NCBI GenBank assembly: GCA_963818475.1
Contig: CAWFSF010000005.1
Location: forward strand, 352,001-416,000
Length of the DNA stretch: 64,000 bases
Reading direction: 5' to 3'
From: Nitrospirota bacterium
GTDB lineage: Bacteria; Nitrospirota; UBA9217
Position 1 is the stretch's first letter. The number at the start of each line of letters is the position of its first letter. The notes beneath the pieces are model-generated. The model did not search any database and was not told the origin of the DNA. It saw only the letters and a list, made by a program, of their open reading frames with translations. Positions 1-11,552 of this stretch are shown here, piece after piece. Made by a program: the position numbers and the translations under genes.

Positions 1-75
1 GCCGAGCTTGATGCCGTGTTTCTGCAGGCCGAAAAGATACTCGATGGTTTCCTGGTATGCGCCGTGAGAAGACAT
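1..75 (-). CDS. folC: 5' end of folylpolyglutamate/dihydrofolate synthase (runs off window)
   Basis: Manual translation MSSHGAYQETIEYLFGLQKHGIKLG matches the typical FolC N-terminus (Y..L..L...GIKLG). Confidence 0.75.
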   Translation of the reverse strand, partial: MSSHGAYQETIEYLFGLQKHGIKLG

Positions 76-150
76 ATCGGTCCTAACCTGATCCTCCGAT
101 TGAGCTGCCTGCTGCTGGGGAGCCACGGAAAAGCGTCCCCGGCCCGCTCC

Positions 151-1053
151 TCAGGGCTGGGCAGAGGGGGTGGGAGAAGTAGCCGCCGGCTCCTGCGGCG
201 CAGGCTTTTCCGCTGCGGCGGCAGGCGCCGGCGGCGCATCCTTCAGCTTCATAACGAACGGGATCAGCTCCGTCGTTGATAAGGCACTGAACCGTTTCCT
301 GCTGTAACTCACCCTGCCGGCCTGCTCTATCCGGCTGAACAGCGTCTGCAGTTCGCCGGAGGTCAGGCTTCCCGACACTTCCCGCACGGTATCGGTAAAG
401 CGTAATTTCCTGAGCCCGGCGTGGCCCTTCATTATATCGTTGATGCGCCGCATCGATGACTGATCGTCGGGCGTGATCGTGATCTCCAGAGGCTTCACGG
501 ATGGAACGGGAGCGAGCGCGCTTTCTCCGCCGGGGCCGGTGTTGGAGGCGGGGTTGGAGCCGCTGCCGGGGCAGGGCTCAGAGCGGGCTGGGACGTCGCC
601 GGAGCGGAAACAACGGCAGCGGGAAGCGACCGCTCGATGCTCTCCAGTTCCGGGTCGTGACGGAACGGAACGATGCACAAAGAAATACAGGTACCCGGCG
701 ACGAGGGCCAGGAGAAGTATCCAGAGGGGGCGGTACAGAAGCAGGCGAAGCTTTCCGAAGAACAGGAAGGTTGCCTCCAGGCGCGCGGCCATGCCCTCGG
801 ACGGCGTGATGTCCTTCAGCAGCTGCTTCGTATCAGCGGCAAACCGAAGCGAGTAAAGCTCCGAGGTGCAGACCGGGCAGGCCTTGAGGTGCCGCTCGAC
901 CCTGCGCGCCTGGAACAGGAACAGATGGCCCTGCAGGTATTTCGGCAGCGCTTTCCGGGTCCGCTCGCATTCTTTTTTTGTGTCGCGCACCTGCTCGAGT
1001 CTGGCGCCGCTCGTCTGGTGCAGCGTATCCTGGTCGATCCGTGTCTTCAGCAC
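151..1053 (-). CDS. zf-HC2 (anti-sigma-like) membrane protein
   Basis: C-x7-YL...VERHLKACPVC (HxxxCxxC) motif, then a TM helix and Pro/Ala-rich linker; possible internal compensating indels. Confidence 0.65.
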   Translation of the reverse strand: MLKTRIDQDTLHQTSGARLEQVRDTKKECERTRKALPKYLQGHLFLFQARRVERHLKACPVCTSELYSLRFAADTKQLLKDITPSEGMAARLEATFLFFGKLRLLLYRPLWILLLALVAGYLYFFVHRSVPSRPGTGEHRAVASRCRCFRSGDVPARSEPCPGSGSNPASNTGPGGESALAPVPSVKPLEITITPDDQSSMRRINDIMKGHAGLRKLRFTDTVREVSGSLTSGELQTLFSRIEQAGRVSYSRKRFSALSTTELIPFVMKLKDAPPAPAAAAEKPAPQEPAATSPTPSAQP

Positions 1054-1856
1054 TATACACCCCCTACCTTCACCTGCTCGGCGCGCAGCAGGTCGTCACC
1101 GAGAAAGCGTTTGCCGATCTTTTCGAACCGTGCCGGCGTATCGGTCACAAAATATTTCCGTACGGTGCTTTCCCTGAAGGGCTTTTTCCATTTGAGCTTC
1201 CCGAGCACCTCCGCCACTTCCCTGGCCGTCTCGGTCGCTGAATCGATAAGGGTGATGCCGGGGCCGAGCACCCGGCCGATCACGCCTTTGAGCAGCGGGT
1301 AATGCGTGCAGCCGAGCACCAGCGTGTCGATGCCGGCGGCCTTGAAGGGCTCCAGATAGGTCCTCGCCACGAGCAGAGCCACATCGTTGTCAATCCAGCC
1401 CTCTTCCACGAGCGGAACAAAGAGCGGGCAGGCGAGGCTGTGGACCGTGATGCCGGCGTCGAGCCGGCTGATCGCCTTTTCGTAGGCCCCGCTCGCGATC
1501 GTCGCCTCGGTCCCGATGACGCCGATCCGACCTGCCCTGGTCTCCCTGACCGCCGCCCGGGCGCCGGGCTCCAGCACGCCGATGACCGGCAGCGGGAACT
1601 CCTTCTTCACCGCCTCCAGGCTGATGGCCGACGCCGTGTTGCAGGCAACGACCAGCATCTTGATCTCCTGGGCAAGCAGGAACTGCGTGTTCTCGAAGCT
1701 GTAGCGCGTTACGGTCTCGGCCGAACGGATGCCGTAGGGGACCCGCGCCGTGTCGCCGAGATAGATGATGTTCTCGTCGGGGAGCGCCGCCACGATCTCC
1801 TTCAGCACGGTCAGTCCGCCGATGCCGGAGTCAAATATGCCGATTGCTTTTTGCAT
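1053..1856 (-). CDS. murI: glutamate racemase
   Basis: IGIFDSGIGGLTV, VVACNTAS and LVLGCTHYP motifs; true start MQKAIG at 1856. Confidence 0.97.
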   Translation of the reverse strand: MQKAIGIFDSGIGGLTVLKEIVAALPDENIIYLGDTARVPYGIRSAETVTRYSFENTQFLLAQEIKMLVVACNTASAISLEAVKKEFPLPVIGVLEPGARAAVRETRAGRIGVIGTEATIASGAYEKAISRLDAGITVHSLACPLFVPLVEEGWIDNDVALLVARTYLEPFKAAGIDTLVLGCTHYPLLKGVIGRVLGPGITLIDSATETAREVAEVLGKLKWKKPFRESTVRKYFVTDTPARFEKIGKRFLGDDLLRAEQVKVGGV

Positions 1857-1944
1857 GATAGTAAATCTTTTCTCGCAGATGCGCAGAGTGCGCAGAGTTT
1901 TTGGATCTGAAGCAATTACGAACCTGGACAAACCGGAACCAAAA

Positions 1945-2077
1945 GGCGTTTCTCGCAAAGGCGCAAAGCGACGCAAAGGAAACCTTGAGTCAAAATCTTT
2001 TCTGCTGGTTTTAAACCAAAAGCAAGCCGTGCCTTTAGGATTTTCTTTGCGACCTTTGCGCCTTTGCGAGAGACGCC
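1945..2077. repeat. MITE-like palindromic element, copy 1
   Basis: Arms tctcgcaaaggcgcaaag / ctttgcgcctttgcgaga; arms and spacer shared with 6045-6168. Confidence 0.85.
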
Positions 2078-2112
2078 CTTGACTCTGCATTGTTATTTCT
2101 GCCCCGAGATCG

Positions 2113-2700
2113 CTACTGCTTCACCAGGTCCATCCGCTTCGTGAACTTCCTCGAAAGCTCGATATGCCCGGCCAGCGTTTGGACCTCTCTGCCGTCGACC
2201 AGGAACCGGACCTGCCTGATCTCTTCAAAGTTCTGCGACAGCGTGTTCACCATCGCATACAGGGCGATCAGCTCTTCCCAGACCGAGGCCCGCACTTCGC
2301 GCTGTTCCACCGGCGCAAGGTCGATGTAGCCCGTGCCGGCCGCATCGAGATAGACGCCCCGGAGCCGCAGGTCCTTCAGCACCGGGGCCTGGCTCCCGGC
2401 CGGGTCCGCGAACAGGGCGGCCAGGGCCTCGCGGGCCAAAGACTGCGTATCAGGCTGCCGCGTGATCGGCGCCTGGACCGCGGCAAGCAGGCCGTCAGCA
2501 GGGACCGAGAGGGTGATCACGAGCGGTTCATTCAGCTGCGACGCCGCGGCAGCGGGCTGCTGCGCTGCGCCGGCCGCCGGAGGGGCGGCCCGCATCCGCC
2601 ACCAGAGGAACGCCGCCGACACAAGCACGGCCACCAGGACCAGTGCCACGATCGGCAGCAGCCGGTTGCCCGGCATTCTCCTATCGATCCTCTCGGACAT
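2113..2700 (-). CDS. GerMN domain protein
   Basis: N-terminal TM; C-terminal VNTL..NF.EI.QVRFLVDG....TLAGH motif; sits between amidase and murI. Confidence 0.85.
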   Translation of the reverse strand: MSERIDRRMPGNRLLPIVALVLVAVLVSAAFLWWRMRAAPPAAGAAQQPAAAASQLNEPLVITLSVPADGLLAAVQAPITRQPDTQSLAREALAALFADPAGSQAPVLKDLRLRGVYLDAAGTGYIDLAPVEQREVRASVWEELIALYAMVNTLSQNFEEIRQVRFLVDGREVQTLAGHIELSRKFTKRMDLVKQ

Positions 2701-3722
2701 ACGACGCTATCCCCTCCGCCACCGTCTCGGCGACCCACGACCGGTCCTGCCCCATGCCGACCTCCACGACCACGGCCGCGGCATCGACCGCCTTGAGCCC
2801 GGCGAGCGGCGCCTGCACCGGCTCGCCGCCCGGCATGCCGAGCAGCACGCGCCAGCCGCCGGCCGAGATCGCCGCTTGCTTTGGTGTGCGCGGCCTGCTG
2901 ACTTCCCCAGAGGCGCTCCTGCTGCTCGTTGCCTGCGTCAAAATCGAGAAAGGTCTTGTTCGCCGTGGACGCGGCCGCAAGGGAGCCCTCGTCGGGGTCC
3001 ATGATATAGACCCGGGTTCCGGCGCCTGACGCCGCATGAATGCTCACGAACAGCACGGCGCCTGCCGCATTGGCGGCCCCTGCCCGGTCGTCGAGCGAGA
3101 GCGTCTGGTCCCGCTCCCTGGTCAGGGTGACGGCCAGATCGGCGTTCTTCTTCAGCAGCTGCCGTTTGATCGCCTCGGCGATCTCGAGCGTCATGGCCTT
3201 TTCCTGCCCCTGGGCGGTCACGATGCCGGCGTCCTTGCCGCCTCCGTGGCCGGGGTCGAGCATACGATCAGTTTTCGGCGCTCCGCCTGCGCCGCCGGAG
3301 CAGCCGAAGCAACAGCGCCCTTCATGACATCAAGCACGATCCGGTCCGGACCGCGCAGCACGAAATCCTTGACCTCGCCGGCGGCCGCGTCAAGCTGCAC
3401 CACGATCGTCGTGCGGCTCTTCCTCCTGGCGCACCTCCATGGTTTTCACGACCCCGTCCCGCACCGCAGGCATCGTAGCCGTGACCGAAAGGGGACCGTT
3501 GTAGGCGGAGAGCGTGACGCTTCGTCCATTGTCGCTTTTCATCACGACATAGGGTGCGGCCGCCTCGATCTCGAACACGATGCGGGTGAAGGCGGCATAG
3601 GAAAAGAACCGCACGTTCTTGACCGTCAGGCCTTTTTCGGAGGACAGCGCGTCGGCGCCCGGCGCCAGCAGCAAAACAGCTATGAACAGAGGGCAAAATG
3701 TTTCCGCATACGAGTGCGGCAT
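2681..3722 (-). CDS. N-acetylmuramoyl-L-alanine amidase (AMIN + Amidase_3), frameshifted
   Basis: Fragments FTRIVFEI, PDRIVLDV, LDPGHGG, LTRERD...LDDRAGAAN, FVSIHA and AVVVEVG lie in different frames. Confidence 0.85.
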
Positions 3723-4078
3723 AGTAACATATCAAAAAGATTTGTGCAAGAAAAAGCCTTTATATAACCGCTGGTAAGCGCATTTTTACCACCAATTTTG
3801 TTGGCCGCGCACACGCTATCGGGGACCGGTTATCGCACGGAGCCGCAGGTAAGATCCGGTAAAAACTGTAAAGGACGGTTAGCAACATAAGCCACATAAA
3901 TAAAGCAAGAAGCACGTGCGTGTTCTTTTTTGAGAATTCTGTGCATTTTGTGGCTCAACTATTCTTTTCTTTTCGCCTTGCTCGACCCACTCTCTCTCCG
4001 TGTCTCCGTGGTAAATTGTGACCCGTTTCGAGTGCATAAATTTGCTTTCCCGCCGCCCCTATGTTAAGCTACGCGACC

Positions 4079-6011
4079 ATGAATGCCGTGAAAATATTCG
4101 GGCCCTCCGGGACCGTGGCGCAGGCCATGCACGCGGCCTACGAACACCGGCCGCAGCAGCTGCAGATGGCCGAAGCGGTGGAGACGGCGCTTGCCGCGAA
4201 GACGCACCTCATTGTCGAGGCAGGCACCGGCGTCGGCAAAAGCCTGGCCTACCTCGTGCCCCTGGTCCAGTGGACGCGCGACGAGGGCTGCCGCGCCGTG
4301 GTCGCGACCTATACCAAGGCGCTGCAGCAGCAGCTCGTGCAGAAGGACCTGCCGTTCCTCAAGACGGTGCTCGGCGATTTCCGCTACGCGCTCTGCGTGG
4401 GCGGCGAGAACTACCTCTGCCTCCGCCGCTTCGACCAGCTCCGCATGGGCGACCTCTATGAGCAGAACGAGCGGGAAGCGCTGAACCGGCTGTTCACCTG
4501 GTCCACCATGACCCGCACCGGCCTCAGGAGCGAGCTCGACGTCGAGCCTGGCTACGCGCTCTGGGCCAAGGTCTGCCGCCAGGCGGACCTCTGCTTCGGC
4601 AAGGACTGCTCCTTCAACCGGGACTGCTACTACCTGAAGGCCAAAGTGATCGAGCAGCAGGCGCAGATCCTGGTCGCGAACCACCATCTGTTCTTCGCCG
4701 ACATGGCCACGGGCGGCAACGTGCTTCCGCAATACCGGGCCGTGGTCTTCGACGAGGCGCACCAGGTCGAGGACGTGGCCACCGACTACCTCGGCATGGA
4801 GATCACGAACTACTCGGTCCGCTATCTCCTCGATACGCTGCTGAGCCAGCGCACGCGCAAGGGCCTGCTGACGCGCCTCACCATCCAGAACGCCGAGGTG
4901 CAGGTGCTGCGCGGCATGGTGGAAGGGCTGCGCGTCATTGCGGACAACTTCTTCCTGAACCTCCACCCCCTGCTGCACAAGGAGCCCGCTCTGCGCATCA
5001 GGCAGCGCTACATCGTCCCGGACATCCTGAGCGTCCCCTCTCAGCGAACTGAAAGACGCGCTTCTTTCGCTCGAGGTCGACACCCACGAAGAAGAGCTGG
5101 AGGTCAAGGCCTTTGCGAACCGCGCCCAGTCCATGGCAGCCGCGGTCAGGATCAACCTGGAGCAGTCAGCCGAGGGCTTCGTGTACTGGGCCGAGCGGGA
5201 GAACATGCGCTACCGCCTCGTGGCCTCGCCCATCGACGTGGCGGCAACGCTCCGGGACAATCTCTTCGGCAAGACCGAGACCATCGTGCTCACCTCGGCA
5301 ACGCTCTCGGCAGCAGGAAGCTTCACCTATATCAAGAACCGCCTCGGCCTGGACGCGCCGACGGAACTGCTGCTCGACTCGCCCTTTGATTTTGAGAAGC
5401 AGGCGCTCTTGTACATCGCTCCGAACCTCGACGACCAGCAGGCAAGCGGGTACCAGGAGCGGTTCGACGCGGAACTGCATGCCGTGCTCACGATCACCCG
5501 GGGCAGGACCCTCGTGCTGTTCACGAGCTACGGCCAGCTCCGGAAGAGCGCCGAGACCATGCGGCGCGAGTTCCCGGACCTCGGCATCCTCTGCCAGGGA
5601 GAGATGCCGGCCTATCGCCTGGTCGAACAGTTCAAGGCGGTCCAAAACGTCGTGCTCTTCGGCACCGCGTCCTTCTGGCAGGGCATCGACATCCCCGGGG
5701 ATGCGCTCCAGTGCGTGGTGATCGCCAAGCTCCCCTTCGCCGTGCCCGACGAACCGATCATCGAGGCCCGGATGGAGCGGCTCAAGAACCCCTTCCGGGA
5801 ATTCCAGATCCCGCAGGCGACCCTGCTCTTCCGCCAGGGCTTCGGCAGGCTCATCCGCACCAGGACCGATCGGGGAGCCGTGGCCGTGCTCGATTCGCGC
5901 ATCATGACCAAGAACTACGGCAGGTCCTTTTTAAAGTCCATCCCGAAGTGCAGGATCACCGATGAGCGGGAGGAGTTCCGGAAGTTCTTTGAAGGGTTGC
6001 GGAAGAAGTAA
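4079..6011 (+). CDS. DinG/YoaA family ATP-dependent helicase, frameshift near 5040
   Basis: EAGTGVGKS, VVFDEAH, LTSATL, FWQGID and QGFGRLIR motifs across two ORFs. Confidence 0.93.
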
Positions 6012-6044
6012 TGGGGCAACCGTTTTCAAAACGGCAAGAGGTTT

Positions 6045-6168
6045 TCTCGCAAAGGCGCAAAGGTCGCAAAGAGAACCTTGAGTCTAACTTTTCTGCTGAT
6101 TTTAAACCAAAAGCAAACCGTTCTTTAAGATTTTCTTGGCGCCCTTTGCGAGCCTTGCGAGAGACGCC
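6045..6168. repeat. MITE-like palindromic element, copy 2
   Basis: Same arms and spacer (aaccttgagtc...ttttaaaccaaaagcaa) as 1945-2077; right arm also at 30339-30376. Confidence 0.85.
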
Positions 6169-6213
6169 TTTTCGTTCATGCTTTCTATTCCAGGTTTCTG
6201 CTAAACTCAATAT

Positions 6214-8674
6214 ATGGAGACTGACCGTAACAGCGACCGCGCCATTTTGCGGCTCATCTTCGCAGCCTCGCTCGCCTGCCTTTCCTACGAACTGGCGCTC
6301 ATGCGCATCTTCTCCATCTCTCTCTGGTATCACTTCGCGTTCATGGTCATCAGCATCGCCATGCTCGGCATCGCAGCCAGCGGCACAGCCCTCGCCCTGT
6401 TCCCGGGCATGAAAGACATCCGCAGGGTAGCGCTCTATAGCTTTCTGCTCGCAGCCGCCATCCCCGCGTCCTATCTGCTCGCCAATGCCGTGCCCTTTGA
6501 CCCCGCCAGGCTTTCCTGGGACTGGACGCAGCTCTTTGCGGTGAGCCTCTACTACCTCATCCTCTGTGTCCCCTTCTTCTGCTTCGGGCTGATCGTATCC
6601 ACTGCCTACGCAACGATGCAGCGCGCTGCGAACGCGATCTACGCCTCGGACCTTGCCGGCGCAGGAGCCGGTGCGCTCGCCATGGTCTGGCTCCTTTCCA
6701 AAGGCGGTCCCGAGATGAGCGTGTTCATCAGCTCCACGCTGCTGCTGACCGGGCTCCTTTATTGGGCTGGCTGGAAAATGCGTGCGCTTGCCGTCGTTCT
6801 GATCGCAATGAATCTGGCTGTCCTCTTTCTGCATCCGGCCGTTATCAAGCCCAGGATCTCGCCCTATAAGCCCTTTGCGCTCGCTTTGCAGTTCCCCGAT
6901 GCAAAGCTGCTCGGCACAGCGTACAGCCCTTATGCGCGCGTCGACCTCTTTACCAGCCCTGCTGTCAGGTTTGCGCCAGGCCTGAGCTTTACCTACCTCG
7001 ACCCGCTTCCGAACCAGACAGGCATCGCCATTGACGCAGGCGAGATCCATGCCATGACCGATGAATCGGATACTGACAGGCTCGCGTTCATCCAGTCCCT
7101 CCCCTCAAGCCTTGCCTATCGTCTAGCCCGAAAGCAGGACGTGCTCGATCATCGAACCGCGGGCCGGCCTCAGTGTACTCTTGGCGCGGCAATTCGGCGC
7201 ACAGAACATCGTTGCCATCGATTCGAACCCCCTTGTCATAGACGTTGTGCGCGCCTATGGCGTGAAGTATGGTTCGCGCCTGTACGATGCGAAGACCTTC
7301 GACCGGACTTGCGCGTACAAAGCTTGCCTCATCGACGACAAAATTCGATCTGATCGATCTGTCGATCATGGGTTCGCTGCCCTCTGCGTCCTTCGGCTTT
7401 TCCGAGGATTACCGCTTCACGAGCGAAGCCTTTATGCAGTATCTGTCCCATCTCAAGCCTGACGGTATCCTCTCGATTAATTGCTACATCATTCCGCCGC
7501 CGAGAACAGAACTGCGCCTGCTTGCGACGCTGGCCCGGGCTGCGGAAGCGTCCGGCATCGGCGATTTTTTCAGAACACGTTGCCGCCATCCGGAGCTGGG
7601 ACACGCTCACCATGCTCGTAAAAAGATCCGCGATTCAGCTCAAAAGATGTTCGATCGATCAAGACCTTCGCAGCCGAAAAGCGGTTCGACCTGGTGTATG
7701 TTCCCGGCATCAAACCCGAAGAGAGCAACCGGCATATCAAGATGCCGGACAATGATTATGCTCTTGCCTTCAAGCGCCTGATCAACAAGGAGAGCAGGAA
7801 CCGCTTCATGGACGACTACCTCTTCGATATCCGGCCGGTCTCCGATGAAAAACCTTTTTTTCATTATTACCTGAAGATCGAGAACCTGCGGAAGACCTAT
7901 CGCATGATGGGAGAGAAATGGCAGTACTTCATTGAAGAGGGATTCCTCCTTCCGGTCCTCCTCGTACAGGTGCTCGTCGTCAGCTTGGTACTTATCCTTC
8001 TTCCGCTCCTGAAACTGAAACAACACGAGACAACTCAGGCTGAACAGAATCCGTTCCGGGGTCTTTCTTATTTCGCCTTGCTCGGCATTGCCTATCTGTT
8101 CATCGAGATCGCTTTGATCCAGAAAATGGTCCTGGGCCTCGAAAATCCGTCCTTCGCTGCAAGCACGGTCATTGCCTCGGTCCTGATCTGCTCGGGTATC
8201 GGCAGTGCGCTCAGCCTGCGCATCAAGGCGCTCCTGAACTCCCGCGTCCTTCTTATTCTTGCAGGCGTGGTCATTGCCACGAGCCTCCTGCTGCCGACGG
8301 TCATCGCATTCATGGGCCGGTTTTCCCTGCCAATGAAGATCGTGCTCTCCTTTATTACGGTCATGCCCGCAGGCATTCTCATGGGCATTCCTTTTCCGCT
8401 TGGCATCGCGGTCCTCAATAAAACTTCTCCACTGCTCATCCCCTGGGCTTGGGCGGTGAACGGCTGCTTCTCGGTGCTCGCCCCGATCCTCGCAGTCATG
8501 CTCGCCTTGAGTGTGGGATATCAATGCGTTCTGCTTGCGGGCGGAGCGGCGTACTTTCTTGCTTTTTGGGTGACCCGGCAGAATGATCGCATTGGTTTGA
8601 ACGCAGATCGGGATCGCACCATGATGGCGATTAACGGTTCATCTGCAGTTAGTCTTATCCGGAAAGAACGGTAG
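6214..8674 (+). CDS. membrane protein with spermidine-synthase-like SAM domain, frameshifted
   Basis: Multi-TM N-terminus (YELALMRIFS...WYHFAFMVIS), FDLI...YRFTSEAF..YL.HLKPDG, DEKPFF, PWAWAVNGCFSV in successive frames. Confidence 0.8.
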
Positions 8675-8678
8675 GTAC

Positions 8679-9173
8679 ATGGACATCCTTTATTTGGCTG
8701 ATCGCCGGGAAGTAACTCCGACTCTTGCCGGCTGGATATACAACGAGTGGTCCTATCTGTATCCAGAGATGACGCGGAACGATGTCTTAAACTTTTTGCA
8801 TGAGAGGAGCAATAAGGAAAAACTCCCGCTTACGCTCGTGGCCTTCGAAGCAGGAGAACCTATAGGCACGGCATCGCTGAGGACATTTGACATGGAAACG
8901 AGAAGAGATCTGCCGCACTGGCTTTCCAGCCTCTATGTCACCAAACCATGGAGGAGAAAGGGTATCGGCTCAAGTTTGGTGGGGGCTGTGGAGAAAAAGG
9001 CCGCCGAATTAAACATAGGCAAACTGTTTCTTTTCACAACTGATGCAGCTCTTCCCGGGCGCTTCTATTCAGGTTTAGGCTGGACTGTGAAGGAAACAAC
9101 AACGTATCACTCATATCCGGTTATAATTATGGAGAAAGATCTTCATCACGAAGCGATCGTGAGCATCGAATGA
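8679..9173 (+). CDS. GNAT family N-acetyltransferase
   Basis: LYV.KPWRRKGIGSSLV acetyl-CoA motif; FYSGLGW. Confidence 0.9.
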   Translation: MDILYLADRREVTPTLAGWIYNEWSYLYPEMTRNDVLNFLHERSNKEKLPLTLVAFEAGEPIGTASLRTFDMETRRDLPHWLSSLYVTKPWRRKGIGSSLVGAVEKKAAELNIGKLFLFTTDAALPGRFYSGLGWTVKETTTYHSYPVIIMEKDLHHEAIVSIE

Positions 9174-9186
9174 AAGACTGCAGTTT

Positions 9187-9305
9187 GTCGGTCGGGTAGA
9201 GCAAGACGAAAACCGACGTCCCTGTTGTATATGCTTGTTGCTGAGGTCGTTGTGCTTATTATAAACAGAGCTAGTGTTGGGTTTTTCTCGCTCTACCCAA
9301 CCTAC
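9187..9305. repeat. inverted REP pair (REPIN-like, GTAG type)
   Basis: gtcggtcgggtagagcaagacgaaaaccgac (9187-9217) and the reverse complement of gtaggttgggtagagcgagaaaaacccaac (9276-9305). Confidence 0.7.
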
Positions 9306-9325
9306 GAGTGAGAAGGAGAACGGAT

Positions 9326-9736
9326 ATGCCAATGCTTAAATTTTCCGATATCAAAGTCAAGGCTGTCATTGTCGGGGTCATTGCGGACAACGCAGGGACC
9401 TTGCTTCTTATGGCGCTCCTGGCTGCCGCGCTTAAGTCAAGAGGCCTTTCCGTGGACGAGGTCATGAGCCGGATGAAGAGCACGAACGGTCTGCTGCTGG
9501 GACTCATCCTCGGCCTTGGCTGCACCGTTCTGGGCGGGTTCTTCGCCGGAAAAATTGCCGGCAGGGCAGAGGTCCTGCACGGAGTGCTGGTCGCAATCGC
9601 CGGAATGGCCATGGCGCTGATCTTCCGGGAAAGCGGCACCCCGCTCTGGTTCGACGTCGCAGGTCTCGTTGGTATGCTTCTGGCAGGAATGGCCGGGGGG
9701 CATTTGGCGCAAAAGCACCGCGCACTGCTGAAGTAA
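9326..9736 (+). CDS. small four-TM membrane protein
   Basis: Hydrophobic helices; RBS aggag upstream. Confidence 0.7.
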   Translation: MPMLKFSDIKVKAVIVGVIADNAGTLLLMALLAAALKSRGLSVDEVMSRMKSTNGLLLGLILGLGCTVLGGFFAGKIAGRAEVLHGVLVAIAGMAMALIFRESGTPLWFDVAGLVGMLLAGMAGGHLAQKHRALLK

Positions 9737-9785
9737 CTCAAGATAAATCGTTTTACCACAGGCACAGAGGGCCGGTCTCGAACAA

Positions 9786-10340
9786 TCAATACGTGCTGCC
9801 ACCTGCGCCGCTTTCCGATTCTTCGCTCATACCGCCTGCCGCGCTCCCGTAAAACGCATTGGCAAAGGCCTGCTTGATGCTCTTATGAGCGTAGTTCTCG
9901 AGCGTGCTCAGTTTGTTTGCCACCTTTCCAACATCGACGCCCAGGTCCTGCGCCAGCTGGCCCCAATCCTCCGTTTTTTGCCGCATGTTCGAGACCTTGG
10001 TGATGTTCGCTTCGGTGGCTCCTCCGGGCATCTCGGCGGCGAAGACGAGCATCGCTGCCACGTCCCCATACAGTTGCTTGTTGCTTCCGATCGCGGCGGT
10101 GGCACCGACCAGGCTGGATACCTTGTCGCTGTTGACCCTGAATGTATCCATCAGCTGCTTCGCAATGATCCTGCCACCCTGAGGCAGGCTCGCGTCGGAG
10201 TTGAGCATGGCGATCTCTGCATTAAGTCTTGCCAGGTCCTTCTGTGTCGGTGTTGATGTTGCTGTCAGAAGGCCGCTCAGGAAGACCAGCGTGACCGCAA
10301 CGACTGCCAGAATCAGCATTGCATGGGTAATCTTTTTCAT
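9786..10340 (-). CDS. secreted hypothetical protein
   Basis: Signal peptide; WGQLAQDLGV motif; RBS aggagg. Confidence 0.7.
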   Translation of the reverse strand: MKKITHAMLILAVVAVTLVFLSGLLTATSTPTQKDLARLNAEIAMLNSDASLPQGGRIIAKQLMDTFRVNSDKVSSLVGATAAIGSNKQLYGDVAAMLVFAAEMPGGATEANITKVSNMRQKTEDWGQLAQDLGVDVGKVANKLSTLENYAHKSIKQAFANAFYGSAAGGMSEESESGAGGSTY

Positions 10341-10441
10341 GACAGAACCCTCCTTTTTCTCTTATGCAGGTCGTCCCGCTCGCTCTTTTTAAAACAGCGT
10401 CGCATCGCAAATTTTGTTGTCTCTCTATCCAAAGTCGAGCA

Positions 10442-11552
10442 TCACCGCAGCGCAGGCCGGTGTGTATTCAGAAACCATCGGTCGAGCAATACATGCCGCG
10501 AGAACCAGCGGCTTTCCATGAGCCTGCGGCTTATGAACCGTTTCATTGCCTGAGGCACTATCCCGGGAGTCGCGCGGCCTTTTCCGAAACGCCCGGCTAA
10601 CAGGGACGGATATCGTAAAAGCCTGCTGCGTTGATAATCCCCGGCAGCGGACAAGAATGACCTCCGCCGCTGTCAAGGCCGACTCTACTGCCGGCCGGAT
10701 CCCCTCCCCGCTTTTTGGATATGCCAGTCCGGCTGCATCTCCGATGAGCATCACGCCGTCATCGACCATGGTTTGCGATGCGCCGTTGTACAGCAGGTAG
10801 GCATGCCCCCTGAAGTTTGCGGGAGTATTCTCCGGGATCCTCTTCGTTTCTTTCAGATAACCGACGAACGACCGCACCTGCTCCGCAATGTTATGCTGTC
10901 TTCGCGGCCAAGCCCGATATTGAGAAAATTCCCTTTTCGTACACACCAGCGCATACCCCTTCAGGTCCTCGTAAAAATAAAGCTCGGGAGTGTCTCCCGC
11001 CACGGCGCACTCGCGCTGCTGAGACTCGTCCATCTCAAATTCCACTTCCTGGGCGATCACTGCTGATCCGTTTCGCTCCCGACCCCCCCTGAGGGATCGT
11101 GCAACGGGGCAGAAATGACCTCCTGCGCCGATCACCAGCGGGGTCTTCATGTCATCATTGACGATCCAGACGCCTTTTTCCCGCTCCATGGTCTTGAGCG
11201 GCTCCCCGAGCCGTAGACGCGCACCGGAGCGCTTGAGAAGATAGTGATCAAATTCAGAACGGCGGATGCCGTAGCTGATCGTGCGTCCATACCGGGTGAC
11301 GATCCCGGCTCCTCCGATCATGCCGGTCCTGAATCCGCTGATCTGCTGCAGCACCCGTCCGCGGGAATACTCGTCCTTGTCCAGATGCAGGAGGTCTGTG
11401 GTCGCGGGCGTGATCCAGCCTGCGCAGACCTTGTCCCGCGGGAACGTGCTCTTATCGAGGACCACTACGTCCAGGCCGCTGGTTCTCAGTTTCCAGGCAA
11501 GCGTGGAGCCTGCAGGCCCGCCGCCGACGATGAGGACGTCACAGGAGTCCAT
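10442..11552 (-). CDS. FAD-dependent oxidoreductase, geranylgeranyl-reductase-like, frameshifted
   Basis: [36 protein letters not shown] motifs. Confidence 0.88.

Noticed and set aside
1857-2090. N-terminal extension of MurI and ORFs such as 6011-6412, 14284-14535, 31243-31728 and 38111-38401
   Set aside because: They translate repeat elements; the same peptides recur wherever the repeat occurs
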